DNA of 64,000 nucleotides from a virus: positions 68,550 through 132,549 of the IMG/VR virus record IMGVR_UViG_3300020596_000014. One strand, written 5' to 3'. Made by a program: the position numbers and the translations under genes. A model generated the notes under the pieces. It saw nothing but the letters and a program-made list of their open reading frames with translations. It was not told the origin of the DNA and made no database searches. Shown one piece after another: positions 38,108-48,118 of the stretch. Each line of letters begins with the position of its first letter. The stretch's first letter is position 1.

Positions 38108-41100
38108 ATGGCTGAGCAGACCTTTCGATCTCCCGGATTTTTCGATACTGAGACTGATCTCTCAGTACGACAGGAATTGGCCCCGGCCGGCGTCCCCGCT
38201 GGTCTCGTTGGAGCCTCTACACGAGGCCCTGCGTACGTGCCCGTCACCGTCCGTGACTTCGCTAACTTCAAGCAGATCTTCGGAGACCTCGATGTTCGAT
38301 ACCCCGCTCCGTACGCGGCAAACGAATTCCTCAAACATCGTAGCGCGCTGACCTTCCTCAGGGTCCTTGGCGCCGGTGCACTTGACACCTCGGGCGACAT
38401 CCTCCGCTTTCAATCAACTGGTCAATGTCGGAACGCCGGCTTCGTCGTGACCGGCTCGACCGCAGCGAACGACTCCACCGGCCGCCACATGGGTGCTGTT
38501 CAGTTCCTCGTCGCGAAGCATACACTTCGCGCGAACGAAGCCTATGGCTTGCCGATGTTCACGAACAACTCCAGCTACGCAGGCTCGATCGCGAACCTCG
38601 TCCGCGGCGTTGTGTTCCTCGCCTCCGGCACTCGTATGATGGTACTCGACGGCAACCAGACTGCGCAGGGCGCCTTCAGTGCCGCGGGCCCCGACGACGT
38701 GGCCACGGTCACCAGCGGCAAGTTCAAGCTCATCCTCTCCTCCTCGAACGGTACCTCCTTCGGCGTCACTGACGGGAACGTCGGTCTCAAGATCTTTACC
38801 GCCTCGATGGACCCGTCGAGCTCTGACTATTTCGCGAAACTGCTCAACTCGGACCCCGAGAAGTTTGCGACCGAGCAACATCTCGTCTACGCCGACTACG
38901 CGGTCGACGACGAGCTCGCCACGGCCGCCGTCGTGGCTGTCGTGTCTGGCTCGAACAACACATCGGCCAACTCGGGCGACACCTCGAGGAAGTTCCGTGA
39001 CATGTTCGGGCATTTCGACACGAAGTACCGCGCGCCTGCCTCGCCGGTCATCATCTCGCAGCCCTTCGGCGCGACCGAGTACGACCTCTTCTCCGTCGAG
39101 GCGCTCGACGACGGGGAGTACGCAAATCAACTCTACAAGATCTCGATCTCTGACCTTAAGATCTCGAGCGATCCGGCCGACTCGTACGGCACATTTACAC
39201 TGCTCGTCCGCGCTTTCGCCGACAACGACGCGACGCCCGACATCCTTGAGCAGTACTCGCAGTGCAGTCTGAACCCGGATTCCTCAAACTATATTGCTCG
39301 TAAGGTCGGCGACCGTAAGGTCACGTTCAACTTTGAGAGCGAGAATCTCAACGAGCGTCGCCTGCTGGCTTCTGGTCGATACGCGAACCAGTCCCGTTTT
39401 ATCCGCGTTGTCATGGCTGACCAGGTTGAACGCAAGCTCACGCCGGCCAAGGCCTTACCATTTGGTTTCCACGGTATGGAGGTTCTCAAGACCAATGATA
39501 TGAACACGGATCGACCCGGCGCTGTCGGTCTCGTCCGCCTCTCGCACTTCGGCAACGCTTCGACAGACAGCGCGCTGCTCTCTGGTTCGATCGTCCCCCC
39601 GGTCCCCTATCGCTTCAAGGTGACCAAGGGTGAGGTTGCGACGTCTGGCTACATCGGCAATCCCGGCCCCACCGAGCTCGCCTCGCCGAACTTCTACTGG
39701 GGCGTCAAGTTCGACCGGAACACCACACCACTCAACCCGAATGTTGTGACTGACAAGAACACGCTTATCGAGAGTCTCACGAAGTTCATGGGCATCCGTA
39801 AGCTTGACGCCGTCGTCACTGGGACGAACGCCGACCTGTTGAACAACAACAAGTTCACCTTGGCGCGCGTCGCCTTCTCGAACACGACGCTCGTCGACCT
39901 GACGGGCACGATCGATGCACACATGAAGGAAGCCGCTTACCTGCGCAACGGCACGGTCAACCCGTCCACGTACACAGTCAACGATGGCACCATCACCAAC
40001 CGTCTCACGCTCGCAGCGCTCGTTGCAGCAACGTCAAGCGTTCAGTTCAACCGCTTCTCGCCTTATGCGAAGTTCTCAACGTTCCTGCACGGCGGTTTCG
40101 ACGGCGTGAACATTCTCGACCGCTCCGCTCGCCGGATGTCCGACAAGGCGGTGTCCTTCGACGCTCTTGGCGGCGCTGAGGCTACCTACGTTTCGCCCGG
40201 ACTCGCACAAAACCAGGCCGGCACGGCGACGAGCAACAACACTGTCGTGGCGTACAAGACGGCCATCGACATCATGACCAATCAGTTCTACGTCAACACA
40301 AACATTTTGACGATCCCGGGTGTCCGTGAGTCGTACGTCACGAATTACGCAGCTCAGAAAACTAAGGAGTACGGCATGGCGATGTACCTCATGGACATCG
40401 CAGGCTACGACGACACCAACTCTCGCCTCTACGACGACTCGACGACTCGCCCTGACGTAACGAACACGGCGAAGGCGTTCGATGGTCGAGCGGTCGATAA
40501 CGACTACTCGGCAACCTACTTTCCGGACGTCTTCGTCCAGGATGTGGTCAACAAGCGCGTTGTCAAGGTCCCGGCTTCGGTTGCGGCGCTTGCGGCGCTT
40601 GCGTACAACGATCGGATTGCGTACCCCTGGTTCGCGCCCGCCGGCTTCAATCGCGCTGCGCTCGACTTTGTCAAAAACATCGCCACGCGACTCAACTCCG
40701 CCGACCGCGACGCTCTCTACGACGTTCGCATCAACCCGATTGCGACTTTCCCCAAGCAGGGCTTCGTAATCTTTGGACAGAAGACGCTCAAGGCTTCTAA
40801 GAGCGCGCTCGACCGTGTCAATGTGCGTCGACTTCTACTTGAGGTCAAACGTGTCGTCGTCGACATTGCGCTCAAGCTGCCGTTCGAACAAAACACACCC
40901 GGCATTCGCGACCAGTTCGTCCGCGACGCTTCGACGCGTCTCGGCATCATTCAGACCCAGGCCGGTGTTGAGTCCTTCAACGTCGTCATGGACGACACCA
41001 ACAACACCACGGCCGACAAAGAAGAGAACAAGCTCAACGGTCGCATCATGATCGTACCCACTCGCACGATCGAGTTTATTAGCATTGATTTTGTGATCAC

Positions 41101-41125
41101 AAACTCCGGCGTGGACTTTACCTAA
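38108..41125 (+). CDS. Tail sheath protein 1
   Basis: N-terminal 'SPG....E.DLS' and 'GPAYVP'. C-terminal 'PWFAPAGFNR', 'INPI', 'GQKTL', 'DRVNVRRLL' and 'PTRTIEFI'. Confidence 0.93.
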   Translation: MAEQTFRSPGFFDTETDLSVRQELAPAGVPAGLVGASTRGPAYVPVTVRDFANFKQIFGDLDVRYPAPYAANEFLKHRSALTFLRVLGAGALDTSGDILRFQSTGQCRNAGFVVTGSTAANDSTGRHMGAVQFLVAKHTLRANEAYGLPMFTNNSSYAGSIANLVRGVVFLASGTRMMVLDGNQTAQGAFSAAGPDDVATVTSGKFKLILSSSNGTSFGVTDGNVGLKIFTASMDPSSSDYFAKLLNSDPEKFATEQHLVYADYAVDDELATAAVVAVVSGSNNTSANSGDTSRKFRDMFGHFDTKYRAPASPVIISQPFGATEYDLFSVEALDDGEYANQLYKISISDLKISSDPADSYGTFTLLVRAFADNDATPDILEQYSQCSLNPDSSNYIARKVGDRKVTFNFESENLNERRLLASGRYANQSRFIRVVMADQVERKLTPAKALPFGFHGMEVLKTNDMNTDRPGAVGLVRLSHFGNASTDSALLSGSIVPPVPYRFKVTKGEVATSGYIGNPGPTELASPNFYWGVKFDRNTTPLNPNVVTDKNTLIESLTKFMGIRKLDAVVTGTNADLLNNNKFTLARVAFSNTTLVDLTGTIDAHMKEAAYLRNGTVNPSTYTVNDGTITNRLTLAALVAATSSVQFNRFSPYAKFSTFLHGGFDGVNILDRSARRMSDKAVSFDALGGAEATYVSPGLAQNQAGTATSNNTVVAYKTAIDIMTNQFYVNTNILTIPGVRESYVTNYAAQKTKEYGMAMYLMDIAGYDDTNSRLYDDSTTRPDVTNTAKAFDGRAVDNDYSATYFPDVFVQDVVNKRVVKVPASVAALAALAYNDRIAYPWFAPAGFNRAALDFVKNIATRLNSADRDALYDVRINPIATFPKQGFVIFGQKTLKASKSALDRVNVRRLLLEVKRVVVDIALKLPFEQNTPGIRDQFVRDASTRLGIIQTQAGVESFNVVMDDTNNTTADKEENKLNGRIMIVPTRTIEFISIDFVITNSGVDFT

Positions 41126-41144
41126 GTCTTTGACTTGATTAGAT

Positions 41145-42321
41145 TTACTCGTGCGGGTTTTTCTCTGAGAAGAGTAGACCCGCGCGGTAATCAAGCTCCC
41201 AGACGAACTTGAGCTCGTAACCGAGCTCGAGAATGCGTCGTTGTTGCTCGAGCGCTTCGAGGTAAAGACTACCCATACGGTGACCGTTCTTTGTGTTGAG
41301 CGTGTCAGGCGCGTGCTTGCGGGGGTCGCCGTGCCAGTAAGTGCCGAAGAACTCGTAGACCACACGCTCAACCATTCCGTCGGCTCTCATTTGACTGCCG
41401 ACGATGCGAACTTGACGATGCTCACTGTCGTCGGGAATGCCGATCGCGTTCAACCATTTTCGTTCGACTTTAGAGACATTGTCGGCGCATCGCATGCATC
41501 CTTGACCGACATTGATGTGTTTGAAAGGTCTTTGCCAAAACGAACCATGTGAGAAACACATGATTTTGACGGGTGTGGAGTTATTCACGTAAGTGACTTC
41601 GGAGTAGTCGTAACGCTCTCCGTGCACGTTCTTGGCGTCTATGACGAACTCGTCAAACGTGCGCTTGAATGATCCGTAACATTTGGGGCATCCGCTCATC
41701 TGGTGAATGTGAGTGTCGTAGCGCTGTTGAAAGGCTCCATGTACGTGACATATGATCGTGAACGGCGTTGACGAGTTGACGTAGACTTGCGATGGGTACT
41801 CGTACGTGTCGCCGTGAACCTGACGGGCTCGTGCGACGACCTCATCGAGCGATGGAGTGTTCGTCGCTCTCACGCGTTCGATGGAGCATTCGGGGCAGCC
41901 GGTCTTGCTTCTAACGTGATCATTTGGAGACATCCAGAACGATCCATGCGTTGGACACAAGATTTTGCCAGGCGTCTTCATTTCAACATACTCAAAGGCG
42001 GTGTAGTCGAAGATTGTTGAGTGAGTCTGACGCATTCTATTGACGACAGCGTCTAGCGTGAGCTTGTTTGGAGGAGACCGTTGTACTTCGATCTGTTGCT
42101 GCATGACGCGTTGATGCACACACTTGGGACATCCGGAGCGATTGAAGAAGTGGTTACCATAGTTTTGAAAAAAGCTTCCGTGTTCACGACAGACGATCTC
42201 TCCTTTTATTCGTAGAGTCGTGTAGACGAACTTCGAGTAATCGTAAGTTTCACCATGCACCGATCTCATGCGCGAGATGACAGTGTCTTGATCTAATCGA
42301 GGCGGTCCAGAACGTCTCATT
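41145..42321 (-). CDS. Free-standing homing-endonuclease-like protein with tandem Zn-ribbon repeats (DUF723-like)
   Basis: Four repeats of 'HG..YDYS...Y......I.C..HG.F.Q....H....GCP.C', then 'SKVE..W...ADG...YEFFG.YWHG...WE'. Start at ATG 42321 inferred. Confidence 0.8.
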
Positions 42322-42397
42322 GCTACGATAGTAGCTACTGATGATTTATCAGCTCGATTCGAGAGCTGAAATTGAAGCGGTCGCTTAGTTACCAAAC

Positions 42398-45300
42398 ATG
42401 GCGAATGTGAAACTTGGTAGCGCTGGCGTAACATCGAGAGAAATTGACCTCTCTGGACCGATTAGCGTACAACCCATCGGAGTTGCGGCTGGAGTAATCG
42501 GTACTTCTTTGAAGGGTCCCGCTTTCGTGCCCGTCACGGTCGGTGTCATCAGCGATTACTACGCCAAGTTCGGCAAGACCGACGGGCGCAAGTTCGGCCC
42601 TTTGGCTGTGACTGAGTGGCTTCGTAACGCGTCGGCGGCCACGTATCTTCGAGTCCTCGGCGTCGGCACCGGTCTCAAGCGTGAGACCGGGACCAACTCA
42701 GGTCGTGTCGCCGGCGCAGGCTTCGTCGCCGGCGAGCAGCTGCCCAACGTGAACAGTGGCATTCTGGTGTCGAACCCCCACGCGAACTCGAACGGCCCGC
42801 TCGGCCGCGTGCACATGCTTGGTTGCTTCATGAGCGAATCGAACGGCTCGTCTATCTTCAGCTCCGCTAGCCTTCAAGGCGCCGGCTCGGTGACCCCAGG
42901 CGTTCAGACAGCTGTCCCGATCCTGCGCGGCGTCCTGATGGTGCCTAGCGGTGTCATGATGCGTCTCTCGTCTTCGTTCACCGCCTCGGCAGCGCCTGCT
43001 GGTAGCACCGTCGCCGGCTCGAGCGCAATGCCGGGCTCGCTGATCGGCACGGTCACGCTGAGTTCTGGTAAGCAGGAGTTCGTTCTCTTTCTCAACGGTC
43101 ACAAGGGCGTCGACGTGGCGTATCCCAACATGTACACCGCCTCGTTCGACCCGACCGCGCCGAACTACTTCCGCAACGTCCTGAACCGTGATCCCTACAA
43201 GATCCAGGAGGCGGGTCACTATCTGCACGCGTCGTGGGACATCCACCCGTCGCTCGCGGTCGTGACCGGCACCAACCTGATCGTTTCCGGCGTCACCTCT
43301 GGGTGGAACGGCGGGCTCGAGTCCGCGGCGTTCATCACGACCGGCAGCATGACCCGCGACACGGGCAGCTCGACCATCCCAAACTACGAGAACTTCGAGG
43401 ACCGATTCGACCATGCGAAGTCGCCCTGGGTCCTGTCTCAGAAGTTCGGCGGCCAGCCCAAGAAGCTGTTCCGCTTCCACATGTTGGACGATGGCGCTGG
43501 CGTTTCTAGCAACGTCAAGATCTCGATCGAGAACATCGCCCCGTCGACGGACAGTAAGAACCCGTACGGCACGTTCGACGTTGTCATCCGCGACTGGAAC
43601 GACACAGACGCCAACCCACGCGCATACGAGCAGTATCGAGGTCTCTCACTGAACCCCTCGGCAGACCGCTACATCGCAAAGGCAATCGGTGACATGAATG
43701 TCTACTACGATTTTGACAAGACTCTCCAGTCGCAAAAACTTGTCGTCGACGGCAACTATTCGAATCGCTCCAACTATGTTCGCGTCGAGCTCGATGACCT
43801 CGTCATCAACGAGGAAGTGGACCCGACCGGCCTTCCGATCGCGTTTCGTGGACCGGCTCATCTCGTGACCTCTGGCTCGGCGCCGCTAGCGTCAACGATC
43901 TCCGCTGACTTGCTCGTCCCGACTGCCATCAAGCGCGTCGTGCAGCCTCCGGTGCCTTATCGGATCAGTCTTCAAGAGGGTGAGGGCGTCAAGGCGCTTG
44001 TCAACCCGTCTCTGTATTGGGGTGTTCAGTTCGAGCAGGTGATCAGCATCACCAATCCGAACGCGACCAGCGTCAAGAACGACTCACTCGCAAGCTACAC
44101 ACTCTACTGGCCCAACTTCCAGACGTCGAACCAGAACGTGCTTGAGGACGACTCTGTAGGTGAGGCTGACACCAACGCCAATGGCATTCTCGACGCAGAC
44201 CGATTCTGTCGCAATCTATTTACACTTGAGAACATCCGGGTCCTGACCGGCTCGGACACAAAGGCGGACTCGCAGAAGTGGGCGAGCGCCGTGTACGTTC
44301 GCGACGGTCAGATCACGACCGATTCGGCAAACAAGAGCCGAGCGTTGAACGTCACCGATTTCACGCAGCCGAACCGCAAGTACCTCAAATTCACCCTGTT
44401 TATGCAAGGTGGCTTCGACGGCACAAATATGTTTGATCGTGACGAGGCGACGATGTCTAACGTGGCCGTCACAGCCGACATGAACGATGCCAACCGCGGT
44501 CAGTCCAACGGCCCCACGGCGGCGGCGTATCGGAAGGCTATCGATCTGATGACCGAGCGCACCGATGTCGACATCATGCTTCTCGCTATCCCTGGCATCC
44601 GGCACTCGATCGTCACCGATAAGGCTCTCGAGGCCGTCGAGTCGCGCTTCGACGCCATGTTCCTGATGGATGTTGAGGAATATGACACCAATGGCGGGCT
44701 CATCACGGGCAGCATCCAGGTGCCTAGCGTCACCAACACCGCGACCGAGTTCAGGGAGCGCGCTCTCAATAGCTCGTTTGGCGCCGCGTACTATCCTGAC
44801 GTCGTCCTCACGGACCCGACCACAAAGAGCAACGTCATGGTGCCCCCATCCGTCGTCGTTCTCGGCGCGTTCGCACTGAACGACGCGATTGCGTACCCTT
44901 GGTTCGCGCCCGCCGGTTTCGCTCGCGGTGCGCTAGCCACGACGCTTGAGGCGAAGGTCAAACTGTCTAAGGACAGCATGGACACGCTCTACGACGCGAA
45001 CATCAATCCGCTCGTCGCGTTCCCTGGCAACTCGCCGGCCGGCACACAGGCGCAGGGCGGCGTGGTCGTGTGGGGTCAGCGCACGCTGCAAGCGTTCGCC
45101 AGCTCGCTTGACCGGGTCAACGTGCGTCGTCTCATGATCGATCTGCGCCGTCAGGTGCGTGACATCGCTCTCACGTTCGTCTTCGAGCCGAACCGCGAGA
45201 GCACGCTCAACCGCTTCCAGGCCGCCGTCGAGCCTCGACTCTCTCGCGTTCAGAAACAGTTCGGACTTGAGAAATACAAGGTCCAGATCGACGCGTCGAC

Positions 45301-45421
45301 GACCACACAGGCTGACGTCGAGAACAACACGATCCGCGGGAAGATTTGGGTGCAGCCAACGAGATCGATTGAATATGTTGCGCTCGACTTTGTCGTTTCA
45401 AACGCTGGCAGCCAGATCTAA
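42398..45421 (+). CDS. Tail sheath protein 2
   Basis: 'SAGV..REIDLS', 'GPAFVP', 'PWFAPAGF.RG', 'WGQRTL', 'DRVNVRRL' and 'PTRSIEY'. Confidence 0.93.
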   Translation: MANVKLGSAGVTSREIDLSGPISVQPIGVAAGVIGTSLKGPAFVPVTVGVISDYYAKFGKTDGRKFGPLAVTEWLRNASAATYLRVLGVGTGLKRETGTNSGRVAGAGFVAGEQLPNVNSGILVSNPHANSNGPLGRVHMLGCFMSESNGSSIFSSASLQGAGSVTPGVQTAVPILRGVLMVPSGVMMRLSSSFTASAAPAGSTVAGSSAMPGSLIGTVTLSSGKQEFVLFLNGHKGVDVAYPNMYTASFDPTAPNYFRNVLNRDPYKIQEAGHYLHASWDIHPSLAVVTGTNLIVSGVTSGWNGGLESAAFITTGSMTRDTGSSTIPNYENFEDRFDHAKSPWVLSQKFGGQPKKLFRFHMLDDGAGVSSNVKISIENIAPSTDSKNPYGTFDVVIRDWNDTDANPRAYEQYRGLSLNPSADRYIAKAIGDMNVYYDFDKTLQSQKLVVDGNYSNRSNYVRVELDDLVINEEVDPTGLPIAFRGPAHLVTSGSAPLASTISADLLVPTAIKRVVQPPVPYRISLQEGEGVKALVNPSLYWGVQFEQVISITNPNATSVKNDSLASYTLYWPNFQTSNQNVLEDDSVGEADTNANGILDADRFCRNLFTLENIRVLTGSDTKADSQKWASAVYVRDGQITTDSANKSRALNVTDFTQPNRKYLKFTLFMQGGFDGTNMFDRDEATMSNVAVTADMNDANRGQSNGPTAAAYRKAIDLMTERTDVDIMLLAIPGIRHSIVTDKALEAVESRFDAMFLMDVEEYDTNGGLITGSIQVPSVTNTATEFRERALNSSFGAAYYPDVVLTDPTTKSNVMVPPSVVVLGAFALNDAIAYPWFAPAGFARGALATTLEAKVKLSKDSMDTLYDANINPLVAFPGNSPAGTQAQGGVVVWGQRTLQAFASSLDRVNVRRLMIDLRRQVRDIALTFVFEPNRESTLNRFQAAVEPRLSRVQKQFGLEKYKVQIDASTTTQADVENNTIRGKIWVQPTRSIEYVALDFVVSNAGSQI

Positions 45422-45433
45422 AAGGCGTATATA

Positions 45434-46516
45434 ATGAACATTATCAACGCTATTAGTCAGATCGTGAAGGAAACTTTCGCACAGACCAAGTTTCCTCGCA
45501 AGACTGGTGAGATCGAGGGGAAAACAGCTTCTGAGAAACGTCGTGCCAAAGTCGAGAAGGATAAGCGTTCCAGGATCGGGAAACAGAAGTCTGGCTTTGT
45601 GAAAGAGAGCGATATGTTAAGAGACTTCGACCCACATCGCATCGCTTCTGAGTGGCACTCTGGTCAAGGCAGTGCGCTTTACGCGTACTCCTCCACCGAT
45701 CGCATCCCGACTGAGGAGTTCAAGGAACGTCTTGTGTCGGAGATTGAGCATTCGATGGCCGGCGCAAACGATGACGGTCTTGACGAGCTTGAGTATCTGC
45801 TCATGCACGTCGAGGAGCAGCACCCCGACCAGTTCCCTGACTCGAGCATGCGTGAAGCTTGGGGTACTGTCAACAAACGCGGAGAAGAGCAGTGGAGCGA
45901 CGATGACGACGCAGATATTCGCGATCTTTATCTAAGCCCTGAGGCCTTCAACGACAGCCCGCGCGGCGCACCCTTGAAGGACGACATGATTGTCGCCCGA
46001 CCCAAGGCAAAGCGTGAAGAAGATGCGTTTTGCGAGATCTGCGGCGGCAACGAAGGCGTATGCGAATGCGCGATGACCGAAGAAGACGAGCCGTCGTCTG
46101 AAGACTTCAAAAAGTACAGTGCAGCCGTGCGACGCGGACAAATTGCAAACAAGACAAATTTCTCCTTGGATAACCCGCCGTCAGCTGCTTCCTTCCGCAC
46201 AATGGGCAAAGCTGGTCCGACAGACAAGCCGCCGCCGAAATGGGTTCATCCTGATCATCGACGAGTAAAGGAGAGCGTTCAGGAGAGTTCGTTGCGGTTA
46301 GTCATCAGTCGTATCCTCGGTGAGATGAAGCTCAGTGTTGCTGGCGGCGGCCATTTCAACTGGGACGCGAAGGATGAGCCCAGCGATTCTGACGACGACG
46401 AACTTGCCACATTCTTGCTCAAGAAGAAGAAGGATGAATCCGAACCCGAGGAGAATAAGTCGAGCGAGAAGCTGGGCACATCTAAGAAGCGCGGCAAGAG
46501 TAGCCAGTTCCGCTGA
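45434..46516 (+). CDS. Acidic modular hypothetical protein, putative internal head protein
   Basis: TATATA upstream. 'NAISQIVKE' and internal 'SLRLVISRILGE' helices. Several x-x-E-[SA] sites. Confidence 0.55.
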   Translation: MNIINAISQIVKETFAQTKFPRKTGEIEGKTASEKRRAKVEKDKRSRIGKQKSGFVKESDMLRDFDPHRIASEWHSGQGSALYAYSSTDRIPTEEFKERLVSEIEHSMAGANDDGLDELEYLLMHVEEQHPDQFPDSSMREAWGTVNKRGEEQWSDDDDADIRDLYLSPEAFNDSPRGAPLKDDMIVARPKAKREEDAFCEICGGNEGVCECAMTEEDEPSSEDFKKYSAAVRRGQIANKTNFSLDNPPSAASFRTMGKAGPTDKPPPKWVHPDHRRVKESVQESSLRLVISRILGEMKLSVAGGGHFNWDAKDEPSDSDDDELATFLLKKKKDESEPEENKSSEKLGTSKKRGKSSQFR

Positions 46517-46526
46517 GAGCATTAGC

Positions 46527-46844
46527 ATGCTCAGGATGGGTATGCTCCGAATCGCGCTTAGCACGTTGGTCTCTCGCACTCGTACCGGGTTGGACGGTCT
46601 AGCGGCTACTTCTCTCCTCCAAGAGGCGTTTGAGACGCTCACACGCGTCAAAGCAGCGCACTGGTGTGGCTCGTCCATTGCTGACGTGCCTGAGATGATC
46701 CAGGAGCTCGCGCGAGACAGAGATGACTACAAGCGAATGGCCGAGTCGTATCGTGTGGACCTCGCGAAAGCGGAGGCCAAGATTCAAGACTGGAGGTCTC
46801 CTGCAAACGGCTCGTGGCAATACGAACGCGGGAGCAAGGATTGA
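46527..46844 (+). CDS. Hypothetical protein
   Basis: First of a coupled run of small ORFs. Start inferred. Confidence 0.45.
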   Translation: MLRMGMLRIALSTLVSRTRTGLDGLAATSLLQEAFETLTRVKAAHWCGSSIADVPEMIQELARDRDDYKRMAESYRVDLAKAEAKIQDWRSPANGSWQYERGSKD

Positions 46845-47071
46845 ACGACGTTCTAGCCATGCTTGGCGCGTTCACGTTGGGAAGCATCGCCTCATTCTTT
46901 CTTATGCGACACACCATCGGCTCCCACAGGTGGCGTGACGGTTACCTGTACGGCTTCAATCACGCTTGGGACGAGAAGACGAAGGTCGAAGAAGCAGTTC
47001 ATCGTGATCGAATGAAGAAACTTCGTAAGACTGGAGCTAAACTAATCGTTGTCAAAGAGGAGAAGTCGTGA
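46841..47071 (+). CDS. Small membrane-anchored protein
   Basis: N-terminal hydrophobic helix. Overlaps the upstream stop. Confidence 0.5.
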   Translation: MNDVLAMLGAFTLGSIASFFLMRHTIGSHRWRDGYLYGFNHAWDEKTKVEEAVHRDRMKKLRKTGAKLIVVKEEKS

Positions 47072-47280
47072 AGTACATTGTTCGACAGGGTAAGAAGAAA
47101 GGACGTGGGTATTACCTGACGTTGTGCCCGTTTGGCGCCTTCAACAATGGATTCTATCATTATACAAAGCAACAACGTAAAGCGTACAGGTTCGACACAA
47201 TCGCTGCGGCGATGAAAACCGCAAAAGGGTGCACACACATTGCTGTGTATCGTGTTATTCAACTCGTCAAAAAGCCATGA
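47068..47280 (+). CDS. Small basic hypothetical protein
   Basis: GTGA coupling. Confidence 0.5.
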   Translation: MKYIVRQGKKKGRGYYLTLCPFGAFNNGFYHYTKQQRKAYRFDTIAAAMKTAKGCTHIAVYRVIQLVKKP

Positions 47281-47516
47281 TACCGATATACAACCGCGGC
47301 GACGTGCTGATGGATGACCACCGTCTCTATGTTGTTCTGAGTTCTTCAGCGACAAAGGTCGGCTCCGACGAAGCCATCTATCGCGTGCTTGTTTTGGCTG
47401 TCTTTAAGGAAAGTGACACTTTCCGTGGCGAGTATGCTGGTATGCATTACTGGTGGGGCAGCGGCGTCGAGCTCGACACGCATCTCGGCAAAACCGCGTT
47501 GCCTGCTACTTTATAA
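47277..47516 (+). CDS. Small hypothetical protein (SH3/KOW-like pattern)
   Basis: ATGA coupling. 'RGDVL....LYVVL'. Confidence 0.5.
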   Translation: MIPIYNRGDVLMDDHRLYVVLSSSATKVGSDEAIYRVLVLAVFKESDTFRGEYAGMHYWWGSGVELDTHLGKTALPATL

Positions 47517-47520
47517 TCTG

Positions 47521-47904
47521 ATGTCTCCTGAAAACTTTACCTTTTGGCTCAACGGTTACTTCGAAATCCTTGCTTTAAGCAAGACCCCTAACGCTGAGCT
47601 CACGTTGCAGCAGATTGTCTGCATCAAGGATCACCTCGCTCTCGTCTTCCAGAAGGTGACGCCGAAGCGTGATCGTGTCGAGAAGCGTCGCGTCAAGCGA
47701 AAGGCCTACGAGACGCCGAAAGAGGACATCTCTGACATACTCCAGTTGGACCCGGCCTTCAATCTTGATCTCATATGCACGCCAATGAAGCACGTCGACA
47801 TCGAGGAGTCTATTAAGAAGCATCTCGACAAGCCAAAGACCGGCGCCGAATACTGGGTGGAACGCACGACGCCTACGCGTCGGTCTTCACAAAAGATATG
47901 TTGA
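47521..47904 (+). CDS. Hypothetical protein
   Basis: ATG lies 3 nt after TATAAT (47512-47517). 'MSPENF.FWL.GYFE...Q...IKDHL.LVF.KVTP'. Confidence 0.6.
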   Translation: MSPENFTFWLNGYFEILALSKTPNAELTLQQIVCIKDHLALVFQKVTPKRDRVEKRRVKRKAYETPKEDISDILQLDPAFNLDLICTPMKHVDIEESIKKHLDKPKTGAEYWVERTTPTRRSSQKIC

Positions 47905-47929
47905 CGTACAAGGTCAAGTGTGAGCTGTT

Positions 47930-48118
47930 GTGAAGGTTGTGCGAGTCGGACAGGTGTGGGAGATGAACGACGTTCTCGTCGTCGTTGTGACTAAGCTCTT
48001 TTATCCCAAGTGCGCCGATCAGAATTGGTGGATGTTGTTAGATCTGGAGACAGGATTCACTTTTCACTTCGGCGACCGTGCGTTTAACAAGAACGACGTG
48101 CTTTTATATGTGGCTTAG
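47930..48118 (+). CDS. Small hypothetical protein related to the ~65-aa paralog family
   Basis: 'VGQVWE...LVVVV...LLDLETG'. Confidence 0.55.
   Translation: MKVVRVGQVWEMNDVLVVVVTKLFYPKCADQNWWMLLDLETGFTFHFGDRAFNKNDVLLYVA

Noticed and set aside
41145-42434. ORF-track start at 42434 for the inverted endonuclease
   Set aside because: It would overlap the sheath 2 start. ATG 42321, with a -10-like TACTAT just upstream, is more plausible.
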